From: a virus
DNA length: 64,000 nt
IMG/VR virus record: IMGVR_UViG_3300024346_000007
Strand: one strand, 5' to 3'
Part shown: piece after piece, positions 31,119-40,436 of the stretch
Numbering within the stretch: position 1 is the stretch's first letter
Layout of the letters: each line of letters begins with the position of its first letter
Program-made: the position numbers and the translations under genes
The notes under the pieces: generated by a model
The model's input: the letters and a program-made list of their open reading frames with translations, nothing else
The model's database searches: none
What the model was told of the DNA's origin: nothing

Positions 31119-33314
31119 TTATGATCCTGAAGTATGGTTAGAGCTTGCTATTGCTGTAGCAAACTGCTTGCTATCTAAATTAAATATAGCCGTAGTTTGA
31201 GTATTTTGGTTTGTTCCTGTGTTTTGATTGTTGTTATACCCTCCCCCTTGTTGATTGTTATTATAATTAGGAAGGTTGGAGTTTCTTGTAGGTAGGGCTG
31301 GTTTTGCCACAGCCATATCCTCTTTTACCGATTCTGATCCTCCAATTAATCCCAGACCAGCTCCTGTTGCTGCTACTGCTAATGCAGCTCCCACTAAAGC
31401 AGTGCCTCCAGTTGCCACAATCACAGAATACGCTACGGCTGCTGCTAATGTTGCTAATCCAAACATTAATGATTTCAATAAAAAAGTATGTTCTAATAAT
31501 TTTGCAAAACCAGTTACTAATTTAATCATAGGTCCAGCAGCTAATTCTGTAAATACCTGCTTAATTCTTTCCATAGATTCATTAAATCTATCTTGTAGAT
31601 TAGCTCTAGCTATATCTTGAAGTAAAGCTTGGCCTCCTTCTTTTCTAGCAGCTTCTGCTTTAAGTTGTTCTAATCCTGCTAAGTCCCCAGATTTTCTTAA
31701 AAACTCATATCTTTCTTCTAAAGCATTTTTATTCTCTACGCCTAAAGCGTTTAACACTGCTTGCTCTTGAGCAGACTTAGTTAACTCTTCTGCGGACATT
31801 CCTATAGATGCAGCCAATCTTTCACGTTGTATAACGTTCATATTGGTTAAAGCATTAAGGCCTCCCATCTGACCTATCAATTCTGTAGCTGCTTCTGCTG
31901 ACTTTCCATCAAGGGCCAACGCTCTTGCTTTCTCAAAGTTAAATCTTTTTCCCAAAAGAAGTTCTGCCTCAAGCTCTCCTGATATTGATGTTTCAAAATC
32001 TAATAGGCTTTTAGATATCTTTTGAGTTTGTTCTAAAGACATTCCAAGTTTATTAGCTTCTACTACTGCTTTAGCTATTAGTTCTGGATTGTTTTTATAG
32101 GCTGTTGATATCTCTGCGTTTAGTTTTGATATCTCTGCAAACACTTTCTTGTATGATATTACAGTAGTGTTTTGCTTCATAGCCGTATTAAGTATCTTTT
32201 CTGCAGACTGTCCTGATATCAAAGATAGCTTCTGTATGCCAGCAGCTTCTTCTTTGGACATCTTCAGCTGCTTTGTTAACAAGATTTCATTTTGAATCCT
32301 TTCATTGGTGAACAGTGCGTTTGTTCCCAATGTTTCTTGTAACTCAAGCATTGCATTAGCTTGATTCTTTACTGATAGGTACGCCGAGCTTAAAGATCCT
32401 ACTAATTTATTTCCTTCGTAAGAAGTTTCTCTAAAGGCATCCAGCATTCCTACAGCAGAGGTCTTAGATAAAGCTGTATTATTAGCTATATCTGTAACTA
32501 TCTTATCATAATCAAATGCTAGTTTTACTAAAGCTTTAAATGCTGTTACTAATGCTACTACTCCAAGGGCAGCTAAGAATAGTGGATTTGTTATTATTGT
32601 TTTTAATTGAGTTCCTAAATTAGTCATACCAGCCCCGAATCCTTTTTGGAATTCTTTGGACAGCACTTTAAAGTCCATGAAGTCTTTTAAGAATGGTATT
32701 CCAGACATAGACCCAAATATCTTAGATAATGCAGTAGCTTTTATACTACTTTCTTGTACTTTTTTATTAAATGTATCTACTTTACCTGCCGCTCCTGTTA
32801 ATATATTGTTTATTGTATTTCTTGCTTCTACCTGCTGCATTAAAACTGCTAGCTCCTTTTCTTCGTTAGTTACTGTAGCTCTAATAGCAGCGCTACTGCT
32901 TTCCATATCTTTTAAAATGCTTTTATAATATTCTTCTTGAGTACCTAATAAACTTAAAGCTTGAGTTTGACTTCCTAGTTGATTTGTATAGGACTGCAAT
33001 ATATTATCATATATAATACTTGCGCTATTTTGAGTACTTAAGTTTTTAGTATTATTTTCTAATATTCTTTCCGTAATTTTATCCGCACTCAAATATTCTC
33101 TACCTAATTTAGATACTACATCTAAAGCATCAGTTAAAGAATTTCTTACATCTGTAGTATTGTTATATGCTGATCTTAAGTTGCTATTTACTTTTTTAAA
33201 CTCTTTATCAAGTTCTCTGCTTATGTCAGTAGTTATTAGCAACTCTCTATTTACAGCACTTATATTATTTGCTGCATCTTCTCTAAACTGTTCAAACGGA
33301 TCTTGAGGGGCCAT
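31119..33314 (-). CDS. Tape measure protein
   Basis: Long helical Ala/Leu-rich protein, LLDFETSI..ELEAELL motif, hydrophobic segments; downstream of the chaperone pair. Confidence 0.7.
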   Translation of the reverse strand: MAPQDPFEQFREDAANNISAVNRELLITTDISRELDKEFKKVNSNLRSAYNNTTDVRNSLTDALDVVSKLGREYLSADKITERILENNTKNLSTQNSASIIYDNILQSYTNQLGSQTQALSLLGTQEEYYKSILKDMESSSAAIRATVTNEEKELAVLMQQVEARNTINNILTGAAGKVDTFNKKVQESSIKATALSKIFGSMSGIPFLKDFMDFKVLSKEFQKGFGAGMTNLGTQLKTIITNPLFLAALGVVALVTAFKALVKLAFDYDKIVTDIANNTALSKTSAVGMLDAFRETSYEGNKLVGSLSSAYLSVKNQANAMLELQETLGTNALFTNERIQNEILLTKQLKMSKEEAAGIQKLSLISGQSAEKILNTAMKQNTTVISYKKVFAEISKLNAEISTAYKNNPELIAKAVVEANKLGMSLEQTQKISKSLLDFETSISGELEAELLLGKRFNFEKARALALDGKSAEAATELIGQMGGLNALTNMNVIQRERLAASIGMSAEELTKSAQEQAVLNALGVENKNALEERYEFLRKSGDLAGLEQLKAEAARKEGGQALLQDIARANLQDRFNESMERIKQVFTELAAGPMIKLVTGFAKLLEHTFLLKSLMFGLATLAAAVAYSVIVATGGTALVGAALAVAATGAGLGLIGGSESVKEDMAVAKPALPTRNSNLPNYNNNQQGGGYNNNQNTGTNQNTQTTAIFNLDSKQFATAIASSNHTSGS

Positions 33315-33345
33315 CTATACGCTTTATATATAAATATGAAAGCCG

Positions 33346-33627
33346 CTATTTTTTAGCGGCTCTCGGAGACTTATAGTCCGGGGTTTGTTCTTTTCTCTTG
33401 GCTAAATCTTCCATACTCATGGTAGTTCCCTTACTATTAGCCTTTTCCATCTCATCATTATGCTTTTTAATAATGTCAGACAGCTTCTTTATGTTAATTA
33501 ATCTATATGCTATAGGCATATGATATGCCATTGCATAGTTTATAGCACCTTGGCTATTCATAGATAGCCACAATAGTTCGTCAAATAGTTGATTCCTATA
33601 CGCCGAGTTCAGGCCAAAAAAAGTCAA
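33346..33627 (-). CDS. Tail assembly chaperone extension (gpT / T4 gp51-like), probably expressed by frameshift
   Basis: Only a TTG start at the 5' end, overlapping the upstream ORF at a T7 run; YHMPIAYR motif; directly upstream of the tape measure. Confidence 0.6.
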   Translation of the reverse strand: MTFFGLNSAYRNQLFDELLWLSMNSQGAINYAMAYHMPIAYRLINIKKLSDIIKKHNDEMEKANSKGTTMSMEDLAKRKEQTPDYKSPRAAKK

Positions 33628-34360
33628 CCGTCATCGGTATGCTTAGGCCCTCCACTACCTCTCCATTCTTCCTAGTGAAATCAAACTTCATTATGATGTC
33701 TGGTGTGGAAGTTACCATATGCTTTCTTAGATCTTGTGAGTCTCTCATAGGCATTGCCTTGATGAAGTCTCTTACTACTTTCTTATCTCTATCTCCATTA
33801 ATAGCCACGATAGAATGTGCTAAACGTACAGTAATCTCAGCAGACATGTTCTTGTTTATCTTCTGCAACCCTTTGATCTCGGCTTCAATAGCTGATTCAT
33901 CTTTATGGGTGAGGATCTTATAAGTGACTAGCTGCTTTGACATAGGCAGTTGATAATCAAACTCATTCTGTCCTTTCTTTATAGAATCCCAATCAAGTTC
34001 TTTCTCTTTCAACTCAGAAAGATCAACAGTTACCTCTTCTGATTGATTTGAAGTAGGGTCTGTGTACTTGAATGCATACTTGCTGCCATATGCGAGGATC
34101 CTAGCTCCTATCATGATGGCATTCTTATCTCCGACTAGGAGTTCATTATAGTCGATCTTTGAGGCTATAATAGCCTGTAGGAACTTATCTATAACCGTAC
34201 CCTGTTGAATGAAGTTCCTATTGGTTAGGATGTCTTCATGCATTGCTGTCGGGAGGTAGAGATCAATTTGTCCTGAACTGAGTGGGCTTGATTCTGGATA
34301 GAGTAGACCTTTAGATGGAAGGTCTAGAGGCTGTGTTGGAACATTTAGTAATTCTGACAT
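33596..34360 (-). CDS. Tail / baseplate assembly chaperone (T4 gp26-like); likely start MSELL at 34360
   Basis: LDLPSKG..YP, EDIL, LLVGDKNAI...R...YG, ends DFFWP; the longer annotated start overlaps a terminator and promoter motif. Confidence 0.7.
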   Translation of the reverse strand: MSELLNVPTQPLDLPSKGLLYPESSPLSSGQIDLYLPTAMHEDILTNRNFIQQGTVIDKFLQAIIASKIDYNELLVGDKNAIMIGARILAYGSKYAFKYTDPTSNQSEEVTVDLSELKEKELDWDSIKKGQNEFDYQLPMSKQLVTYKILTHKDESAIEAEIKGLQKINKNMSAEITVRLAHSIVAINGDRDKKVVRDFIKAMPMRDSQDLRKHMVTSTPDIIMKFDFTRKNGEVVEGLSIPMTVDFFWPELGV

Positions 34361-34405
34361 AAAACTATATTTTGTATATATAAATATATTGATTTGGGTT
34401 TTTAT

Positions 34406-34445
34406 GAAAAGAAAAACCACACCCGGTCTAAGAGATGTGGCTTTC
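34406..34445 (-). terminator. Rho-independent terminator
   Basis: Minus strand GCCACATCT-cttagacc-GGGTGTGGT followed by TTTTCTTTTC. Confidence 0.65.
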
Positions 34446-34475
34446 TATGTGAGGCGCCCTGAGGTAGCAGGAAGT

Positions 34476-35168
34476 TTACTTGACCAGTTTTGTTATATCT
34501 GTGCCATCTATATCTTTAACACCGTGTTTTAAAACTAAAGTTTTATATATGCCGGGAATTGCTTTTTTATAATCTGTATCGGCGCCTCCAAAGATAGGAT
34601 AATATTCCTGTGTAGTAAATTGTCCTGGGTTACCATCCATTTTTGATCTGTTTACCATCATAAATGGCTCTCTAGTCTTTAATAAGAAGTTTTGCATGGC
34701 TTTTAATTCAAGAGGGGATAATCCAAGATCAGAAGCATCGTCTCCCCTTCTTATAACTTGCATTTCATATTGAATGCTTTTTATTAAAGCATCTTGGCTA
34801 CTAAAATCATTCAGGCTACTATTTGGATTGGCTTTTAAATAGGCATCTAACTTTTGTCTACCTAAAGTAGGAACTCCTTTATCTAATTCAGGGCTGCCAG
34901 CTTCTTTACCTAAGGATTTTAAATACTCATTCCAATCCTTTTTTTGCTGAACAGTAAGGGGTACATATCCAGAAGGTTTTGGAATATTTGCATCTATCTT
35001 TATATCTTCTGTACCCGAAGTATATGATTTTATAACAGAAACTAGTTCTGCTGTGTTGTCTGCAGCTTTAATATCTTGTGCTAGTGCCTTCGCTTTATCA
35101 GCTGAGATATTAGTTGGGATAGATTTCGCTAGGCTGCTAGCGGTTTGTTGTGCTTTTGCAGGTGCCAT
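34476..35168 (-). CDS. Hypothetical protein; frame stays open upstream through the A9 run, likely C-terminal part of a frameshifted fusion
   Basis: In-frame upstream extension KKKVDTEQLDEGFKEIIATALITLAS has no ATG. Confidence 0.6.
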   Translation of the reverse strand: MAPAKAQQTASSLAKSIPTNISADKAKALAQDIKAADNTAELVSVIKSYTSGTEDIKIDANIPKPSGYVPLTVQQKKDWNEYLKSLGKEAGSPELDKGVPTLGRQKLDAYLKANPNSSLNDFSSQDALIKSIQYEMQVIRRGDDASDLGLSPLELKAMQNFLLKTREPFMMVNRSKMDGNPGQFTTQEYYPIFGGADTDYKKAIPGIYKTLVLKHGVKDIDGTDITKLVK

Positions 35169-35233
35169 AGAAGCTAAAGTAATTAAAGCAGTAGCTATAA
35201 TCTCTTTAAATCCCTCGTCTAACTGTTCAGTAT

Positions 35234-35899
35234 CTACTTTTTTTTTACCCAGCCTTCTTTCAAAGAATGCTTTAGCATTACTCTTGCAAGTTTTTCCTCG
35301 TCAAGTTCTTTTTCTTTGCTTTGCATTTGCTGTTTCATAGCAATTACCTTTTCAATAGGCATCTTCTTCATCATCTTACCTACAGCATCTTTATCCTTTA
35401 CTATCTTTCCAAGATGCTTCTCAATAGCTTTTAGATGGCCTTGTGCGTCTTTCTCTTTAGCAGCTTGGTCTTTCTCTTCTAACATGGTTTCATGTCCTGT
35501 AAGGGCTTCTAATGCAGCCTTAGCAGATTCCATTTGCTTCATTGCCTTAGCAGCAAGCTTTTGTTTCTTAGGATCTTTAGATCCTTCTGACATTGCTTTT
35601 AATTTCTCTACGATTTCTGCTACTTGTCCGGCTATTTCTGTACCGGTTGGTTGTTGTTCCATATCTGGTTGTACCATTTCTTCTTCGTTTTCTTTTTCTT
35701 TAAGTGTCGACACTTCTTCTGGCTTTATTATTTGTATTGCTTTCTTATTTTTTAACTCTTGTCTAGCCTGTTCTTTATCTTTAATGTCTGTAATACCTGA
35801 GTATTCTCCTGTACTAGAAACATATATTGTTTTCTTTTCGTTTAACTCTTCGTTAATTATCTTCTTAATAAGTGCGTCAAGCTTTTGAGTTTGCTTCAT
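35234..35899 (-). CDS. Lys/Glu-rich helical protein, probable internal head protein
   Basis: Multiple (I/L)xE motifs (INE, LNE, LKE, LEE, LDE); preceded by two ATATTTAT motifs. Confidence 0.55.
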   Translation of the reverse strand: MKQTQKLDALIKKIINEELNEKKTIYVSSTGEYSGITDIKDKEQARQELKNKKAIQIIKPEEVSTLKEKENEEEMVQPDMEQQPTGTEIAGQVAEIVEKLKAMSEGSKDPKKQKLAAKAMKQMESAKAALEALTGHETMLEEKDQAAKEKDAQGHLKAIEKHLGKIVKDKDAVGKMMKKMPIEKVIAMKQQMQSKEKELDEEKLARVMLKHSLKEGWVKKK

Positions 35900-35952
35900 T
35901 TTTATTACAATTTGTGTATATAAATATCAAAAATACGGTATAAATATATAAA

Positions 35953-36546
35953 TTAAAAACCTTCTTCTATAAATATCTTCTCTAACCTCTTAGGTAACTT
36001 GGTATAATTCATATTAAACTTGTCTGGCATAGCTGCTATAATCTTTTTATTGCTGTATGGACTGTTTTTAGGAGTACACCAACGCCTAGAAATAAGCATA
36101 TAGTTATAAAACATGACATAACTGTTGGCTTTTTTTCTATAACTTAGGATATCTACTGGTAGGTCAAACTTTTTTATGATATCTACGCTTCTTTTTTCAT
36201 TATCCAGTTCTAAGTCTCTACAGTTTGCTATATGTTCTTCTATATCTGGTACTTCTTTACCTCCTAACCAAGCATCTAACTCAGGCATACTATAATTTAC
36301 AGACTTCCATAGGGGTATATTATCTACCCATTGGGTCAAATGTCCGTATTCATGCGCTAATATCTCTACAGCATCCTTACGTTTCATGGAACATACCAGA
36401 GTTGGCACTGATTCGTCAAAATACCCTGAAGCTTTTATAGAATCTGATATCTTTACGTACGTGGTGTTCCTCAAATCACACTTAACATGATAATGTTCAC
36501 ACTCAGATTTAACGTGTGCTATAAATCTAGATGTGTTTATATTCAT
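35953..36546 (-). CDS. HExxH zinc metallopeptidase-like protein
   Basis: ILAHEYGHLTQ plus downstream ELDNE. Confidence 0.6.
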   Translation of the reverse strand: MNINTSRFIAHVKSECEHYHVKCDLRNTTYVKISDSIKASGYFDESVPTLVCSMKRKDAVEILAHEYGHLTQWVDNIPLWKSVNYSMPELDAWLGGKEVPDIEEHIANCRDLELDNEKRSVDIIKKFDLPVDILSYRKKANSYVMFYNYMLISRRWCTPKNSPYSNKKIIAAMPDKFNMNYTKLPKRLEKIFIEEGF

Positions 36547-36557
36547 GTTATATAATT

Positions 36558-36588
36558 AAAAAACCCGCCATGTATAAATATGACGGGC
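36558..36588 (-). terminator. Rho-independent terminator after the tail tube gene; its loop overlaps the ATATTTAT motif
   Basis: Minus strand CCCGTCAT-ATTTATAC-ATGGCGGG followed by a T run. Confidence 0.75.
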
Positions 36589-36610
36589 TTTTCTTTATTG
36601 ATTTTGAGTA

Positions 36611-37099
36611 CTAGAAGTTCAGGATCATTCCTGAGTTTCCAAGTGTCATTTCGATAGTTGTATAAGCGTCAGCTGACCAATCCCAGTCTCCAAAAGAACT
36701 TACATTCTTAATGAAGGCCTTCTTAATCACCCACTCATTAACTACGTTACCAACAGGATCTACTGCGTTGAAAGTAATATCCTTCCAGTAGAAATCTCCA
36801 TATCCAGCCCTACCAGTTACGGTTTCGTATCCTAAACGAGCCCATTCCATTACGGCTTGTGCACCTGAAGGGGTTACTGGGTTATAAAGACTAAGGGTAA
36901 CGTCATTCCACCTACGTTTAGCGCGGAATTTTACATAAGAGTTAATATGATCTATGATCACCTCACCGTCATCGTATCCTATACCGCCTACTTTTTTGAT
37001 CAAGTATGAAGGGATACCATCGATATACATGATAAACCTGTGTTGCAGCATGGGCTCGAACAAGGTACCCAACATCTCATCTGTACTAAGTAATGCCAT
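36611..37099 (-). CDS. Tail tube protein (T4 gp19-like)
   Basis: FEP...RF.MYIDGI, W.DVTLSLY.P, VMEW, W.IKKAF; directly after the sheath gene. Confidence 0.85.
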   Translation of the reverse strand: MALLSTDEMLGTLFEPMLQHRFIMYIDGIPSYLIKKVGGIGYDDGEVIIDHINSYVKFRAKRRWNDVTLSLYNPVTPSGAQAVMEWARLGYETVTGRAGYGDFYWKDITFNAVDPVGNVVNEWVIKKAFIKNVSSFGDWDWSADAYTTIEMTLGNSGMILNF

Positions 37100-37120
37100 T
37101 TTATGTTATTTTATTCTATT

Positions 37121-37128
37121 ATAAATAT
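37121..37128 (-). promoter_or_regulatory. Putative late-promoter motif upstream of the tail tube gene
   Basis: ATATTTAT 21 nt before ATG 37099. Confidence 0.55.
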
Positions 37129-37132
37129 TTGA

Positions 37133-39379
37133 TTATTCAAAACTTACTCCAGTACCTGTGATGTTGAATTCCAACAAGATGAATTCGATAGACTTAACAG
37201 GAGACACGTAGATTTTACCTACAAGCTGGTTACGATCAATTACATCGTTAGTATTAAGTGAATCACTTAGATCAATCCTGAAGGCATACAGACCTTGACG
37301 AGACTGTACGTTCTCCATGTATGGAGTGATAGCAGAGATCAACTTGTTTCTAGTAGCTGCAGTGTTGTTCTCGAACACGTAGTTAAGAGCTACACCACTG
37401 ATGTATTCACGAAGATTGATTAACAACCTACGTACATTGATGCGGTTAAGAGCTGTGTCTCTAACTTGTAGAGTTTTCTGACCCCAGATTACTACTCCAG
37501 TGTTCTGGAATTTAGCGATCGGGTTAACTCTACCGTTGTAAAGAGCATCTCTATCAGCCTTTGTTAGACGGATACGAGTGTCAATTGCATTACCAAGACC
37601 ACCACGATTCAAACCTGCAGGTGCAAACCATTCAGCAGCTACCTTATCATTGTAAGCGTAGGCTTGTGGAACTACAACTGTTGGTGGAACGTATATGTCT
37701 TTAGAAGTTCCTATGCTACGAACCTTAACCCAAGGGAAGTAAGCAGCGCTATAGCTAGAATCAAGACCAGCTGCAGTAGTTATTGCTGTTACTACAGAAG
37801 CATTAAGACTAGTTAGATCACGAAGATATACACAATCTGTGCGCTCTTCTGCTGTGCTTTGAGCTACTGCTGTTACTGATGAGTGATACTCTTCAAGTAC
37901 ACCAGGTACCGCTATAAGATCGAAATTGTAAAGTTCTTTGTTAGCTATGATGTTCAAAGCTTTGATGTAAGCAACAGATCCAGGAGATGTGCTGTTAGTC
38001 AAATCATATCCGAACAAGTTACCTTGAGTTATGTCAGCTCCTGATTTCTTAATTACTGTGTAGTTTACACCATCTGTACCACCTTGGAAAGGAAGAACAA
38101 ACTTGTTATCGCCTGCTGGCTTAGTAAACGCCACGTTAAGACCAGCACCAGCGTTAGTTGGTATTGGGTTTAAGTAGTTATAGTTATCAGAGTTTGCATA
38201 GTTAAATCCTGAGAAGGTTGCACTAGATGCTGTACTTTGAACCATTGCAGCTGCTGGTAAGTTTCTTCCAGTAAAGCCGGCTATAGTTTCGTACAAAGCA
38301 GCGTGTCCGTTTGGATACAACTGAGGATGTATTGATTTTCCAGATACTCCACCAGCTACCTCTACACGAATGTAGTTAGATACGTTAGCGAAATCTCCAA
38401 ATTCTAATACATTTAAAGACAATTCATTAAACTGCTGGTACTTATCACCAATCATCTTAGAGATGTAGTTAGCAGCATCTGGGTTTAATGAAAGATTGTT
38501 GTACTGTTCGATGATAGAAGGCACTCTATCTGAGTCATTCCATGCACGAACTATGATGCTAAAGCTAGAGTAATCTTTTGAAGTAGCTCCTGCTGTTATA
38601 TTAGTTACGCATACTTTAACGTCTTTGTTGGTTTTGAAGCCATCAGACCTGTGGTGGAACCTAAATAAAGGAACACCGCTGTCAGAATATACCCATGGAG
38701 TTATTGCATGGTCGTAGCCGCTTGAGTTAGAACTAGAGAACTCACATTTACCTGCAAGGTATTCTAGTTTTCCACCAATGTCATCTGCAGAAGCTAATGC
38801 GCCACTTCCAGTAATAAAGTTACTGAAAAGTAAATAAGGGAATACTGAACTAGTTGCATAGTTCTCATCTGATCCTAACACCTTTGAAATAAAGATAGCA
38901 GATGTTGGATTAAGTGATGCACTAAAAGAAGCAGTTCCTAATACACCGCTGCCAGTACTTGCATGCATTTTAGCACCAAAAGCACTAAAAGTTCCTGTGA
39001 TAGATCCAGATATACCTACTGTAGGTGTATCATTTTTTGTAGGATACAATACTGAAAGGATGTATGATCCACTTGTGATGGCCACCAAAGTCCTAGAAGA
39101 ATTGTATACAAATCCACCATTACCAAGTACACGAGTTACTTTAACGGTGTTTCCTGCTTGCAAATAGTTGTAAGCAGTTTGTGGTAGATATGATACATTA
39201 GGATCTGACCCAAATAAAGCTGTGTACTGGCTGTAGCTAGACACATCAGTAGGAACGAATGCAGCACCTTTTTCAGTAGGTCCTACAAGGGCTAAACCCG
39301 TCTCATTCGTGCCTTGAGTATAATAACTCTGGTCATTTTCGTAGGAGTAAACTCCAGCAGAAAGAATTTGTTCTGTCAT
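37133..39379 (-). CDS. Contractile tail sheath protein
   Basis: SAGVY..E.D.S, VGPTEKG.AF.PT, WFAPAGLNRG, VNPI, WGQKTL, RINVRRL, VFENN, EFI.LEF. Confidence 0.95.
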   Translation of the reverse strand: MTEQILSAGVYSYENDQSYYTQGTNETGLALVGPTEKGAAFVPTDVSSYSQYTALFGSDPNVSYLPQTAYNYLQAGNTVKVTRVLGNGGFVYNSSRTLVAITSGSYILSVLYPTKNDTPTVGISGSITGTFSAFGAKMHASTGSGVLGTASFSASLNPTSAIFISKVLGSDENYATSSVFPYLLFSNFITGSGALASADDIGGKLEYLAGKCEFSSSNSSGYDHAITPWVYSDSGVPLFRFHHRSDGFKTNKDVKVCVTNITAGATSKDYSSFSIIVRAWNDSDRVPSIIEQYNNLSLNPDAANYISKMIGDKYQQFNELSLNVLEFGDFANVSNYIRVEVAGGVSGKSIHPQLYPNGHAALYETIAGFTGRNLPAAAMVQSTASSATFSGFNYANSDNYNYLNPIPTNAGAGLNVAFTKPAGDNKFVLPFQGGTDGVNYTVIKKSGADITQGNLFGYDLTNSTSPGSVAYIKALNIIANKELYNFDLIAVPGVLEEYHSSVTAVAQSTAEERTDCVYLRDLTSLNASVVTAITTAAGLDSSYSAAYFPWVKVRSIGTSKDIYVPPTVVVPQAYAYNDKVAAEWFAPAGLNRGGLGNAIDTRIRLTKADRDALYNGRVNPIAKFQNTGVVIWGQKTLQVRDTALNRINVRRLLINLREYISGVALNYVFENNTAATRNKLISAITPYMENVQSRQGLYAFRIDLSDSLNTNDVIDRNQLVGKIYVSPVKSIEFILLEFNITGTGVSFE

Positions 39380-39418
39380 TTTCTATAAAATTTGAAAAAT
39401 ATTATTGTTGATACGTTA

Positions 39419-39426
39419 ATAAATAT
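39419..39426 (-). promoter_or_regulatory. Putative late-promoter motif upstream of the tail sheath gene
   Basis: ATATTTAT 39 nt before ATG 39379. Confidence 0.55.
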
Positions 39427-39459
39427 CACTATTTTTCAGCAAAAATGACGAAACCTATT

Positions 39460-39729
39460 TTATAATAACTCTATTTTTCCCGATTCTATGTCTATTTGAC
39501 CTTCTCCGTACTTTTCTAGTAGTTGGCTGGTTATTTCTGTCTCCTGCATTCTCAAAGTATTGTAATCTGAAAGCAGTCCTTCCTTGTCTTTAAGTAGTTC
39601 TACTTCTTTCTGTTTTAGTAGATTTAACTTGATTTCTATGTCCCCAATGGAGTTTAGGGTACTTCCAAATTTTTTATTAAGATCTTTCAGACTATTAATT
39701 TCTTGCGCCGTAAGCGTTTTTTCTGCCAT
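39460..39729 (-). CDS. Small coiled-coil protein
   Basis: Heptad pattern ending KYGEGQIDIESG. Confidence 0.6.
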   Translation of the reverse strand: MAEKTLTAQEINSLKDLNKKFGSTLNSIGDIEIKLNLLKQKEVELLKDKEGLLSDYNTLRMQETEITSQLLEKYGEGQIDIESGKIELL

Positions 39730-39739
39730 AACTTTAATT

Positions 39740-39973
39740 TTATATTTCCCATTTACCTAAAGGACAAGCCTCACTACCTGGTAAAGGGGAAAAGATTTTC
39801 TTTTTAAGGGGACATCCACATTTACCACAGTAGTGGTAAGCTAATATTTCACTAAGTTTATTTTCCTCACATCCATTACAAATGGAGATTCTATTCTCAG
39901 CTTTTTTTTTATCTTCTTCGTTTGGATTCGCAGCGATAATCCAAGCTGAAGCTATTTCTAGTAATTTATTCAC
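39740..39973 (-). CDS. Small Cys-rich metal-binding protein
   Basis: RISICNGC...CGKCGCPL...CPLGKW. Confidence 0.6.
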   Translation of the reverse strand: MNKLLEIASAWIIAANPNEEDKKKAENRISICNGCEENKLSEILAYHYCGKCGCPLKKKIFSPLPGSEACPLGKWEI

Positions 39974-40433
39974 CTTCTGGTTTAGATATTAGTTTAAAAA
40001 ATACTTTAGGTATGTCTTTAGTTAATACACCTTCCAATTCTGGTAGACTGAACTCTCTGTATTCTACGTCTACGGTTTCCTCTAATAGATTTTGATACTC
40101 TTTTTGGAAATTATCGTATACAGGGTTTATTTCAGCGGATACTAGCTTTCCTTCCTCATCCAATACCTGATTAATATACATCGGTATAGAAATCCCGCCA
40201 TTATCATCAGCAGTGCCATGAGTCTTTATTAACTCTTCTCTGAACTTCCCAATCTTTTCTTTTTCTTTTGTTACTTTATCGGCTAGATCGCTTATCCAAT
40301 ACTTCAAAGTGAGCTTAAGTTCCTTGCTTAGTATACCTTCAGCTAATAATTTACCTGTTTGAGGATCAGTATATCCATTTAGCTCTACGTCTAAAGCTAA
40401 GATCTCATAGATCTTTAACGTAACTTTTTTCAT
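39966..40433 (-). CDS. Hypothetical protein (possible fibre chaperone)
   Basis: 155-aa acidic helical ORF in the virion region. Confidence 0.5.
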   Translation of the reverse strand: MKKVTLKIYEILALDVELNGYTDPQTGKLLAEGILSKELKLTLKYWISDLADKVTKEKEKIGKFREELIKTHGTADDNGGISIPMYINQVLDEEGKLVSAEINPVYDNFQKEYQNLLEETVDVEYREFSLPELEGVLTKDIPKVFFKLISKPEGE

Positions 40434-40436
40434 ATA

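Noticed and set aside
35180-35240. Stop-codon reassignment (TAG readthrough) explaining the split ORF
   Set aside because: Reading through TAG in frame 0 meets further stops, including TAA, and does not join the downstream ORF; other genes are intact under the standard code.
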